From: Octopus sinensis
Lineage: Eukaryota
Length of the DNA stretch: 20,179 nucleotides
Direction of reading: 5' to 3'
NCBI RefSeq assembly: GCF_006345805.1
Contig: NW_021824180.1
Coordinates: 1-20,179 of the forward strand
Shown here: one piece after another, positions 19,364-20,179 of the stretch
Numbering within the stretch: position 1 is the first letter of the stretch
How the letters are laid out: each line of letters starts with the position of its first letter
Made by a program: the position numbers and the translations under genes
Notes under the pieces: generated by a model
Told to the model about the DNA's origin: nothing
The model's input: only the letters and a program-made list of their open reading frames with translations
The model's database searches: none

Positions 19364-19786
19364 TATGCATGAATATATATTCGTATGGACGTTAAGGTGT
19401 ATGGAAAAGTAGCTAGGTTATTGCGCTTAAGATTGCGGTGTGGTACATGTCCTTAAGCAAAACCATTTTTCTCACATTTCTCTACCATTACGAGCGGTAG
19501 ACCATGCAACACATAAGGCAATGTTAATTGCCTTATGTAGGAAGTGAGGTAAACTACAGTACATACATTTCATTCCAATAAACATATCATTTAAAGGTTG
19601 TTCAGAAACGTCCTTCTAGGACTGTAGGAGACAACCATCATAAATGTACGTATGTCTGCATGCATATAAACCTTGGCCAGACGAGGAATTGTATCTAATA
19701 AGAAAATTCAGAAGGCTTGATGAATTGGTGTGGAAAGAAAGAAGAAAAGAAAAATTGCTTGGACGATAGAATGTTAGACACATATT

Positions 19787-20093
19787 TTGTTGTTGTTCCT
19801 TCTTGAGCCATGTTTGGCTCATAAGGGCCGGTTTCCCGGTTTCTTGGCGTATAGGTTCCCCACCTGGACGGGTCGCCCCGGTCCGTCACAGGTGAGCTGC
19901 AAGATGCAGGAGAAAAGAGTGAGAGAAACTTGTGGCGAAAGAGTCAGCAGAAGTTCGCTATTACCTTCTGCCGGAGCCGCGTGGAGCTTAGGTGTTTCGC
20001 TCATAAACAAACACCTCACCCGGTCTGAGATTCGAACCCGCGATCCCTCGACCGCGAGTCCGCTGCTCTGACCACTAGGCCATGTGCCTCCAC
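19787..20093 (-). mobile_element. SINE S3 variant (head A, body, tail 2 ending in (CAA)n)
   Basis: Head and body match 17511-17690; tail 19787-19905 is unrelated to tail 1. 9-bp TSD ACACATATT at 19778-19786 and 20094-20102. Confidence 0.9.
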
Positions 20094-20179
20094 ACACATA
20101 TTCGGAAACCCTAGTTACTGAGAAGGGGTAGATTCACCACATAGATTCCAGCTATTAACTCGATTTTAAATTCAACTAA

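Noticed and set aside
19511-19538. Perfect 12-bp hairpin ACATAAGGCAAT-GTTA-ATTGCCTTATGT
   Set aside because: Too short for a pre-miRNA, single-copy here, and without associated element ends.
317-20097. All ORFs in the supplied six-frame track as protein-coding genes
   Set aside because: They are short and dominated by microsatellite translations (YIYI, THTH, CVCV, YLSI) or lie within SINEs or Helitrons. None shows a recognisable domain. The only real coding relic (mariner) lies in frames not listed.

Overview
AT-rich, repeat-saturated eukaryotic non-coding DNA (intronic or intergenic). The SINE families and extreme (TA)/(CA)/(TATC) microsatellite density resemble octopus/coleoid cephalopod genomes; this is recalled, not database-confirmed. 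No intact protein-coding gene is supported, and the supplied ORFs are translations of microsatellites, SINEs or random sequence. The window holds about 14 tRNA-derived SINE copies or fragments (several with target-site duplications, some concatemeric or module-swapped), three non-autonomous Helitrons, an internally deleted mariner with both TIRs, and two probable MITEs. The standout is 10436-11301: two near-identical tandem copies of a ~410-bp unit, each containing a near-perfect ~160-bp-arm palindrome and embedded in (TA)n. Each arm carries a minimal type I hammerhead ribozyme motif (CCAC-CUGAAGA-stem II-GAAAC-GAUU-GUA/GUGG), giving four motifs, two per strand, with predicted cleavage sites 456 nt apart. 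This resembles a Penelope-like-element pLTR or retrozyme, with a viroid-like rod fold and ribozymes in both polarities. It sits at the junction of an older local duplication.
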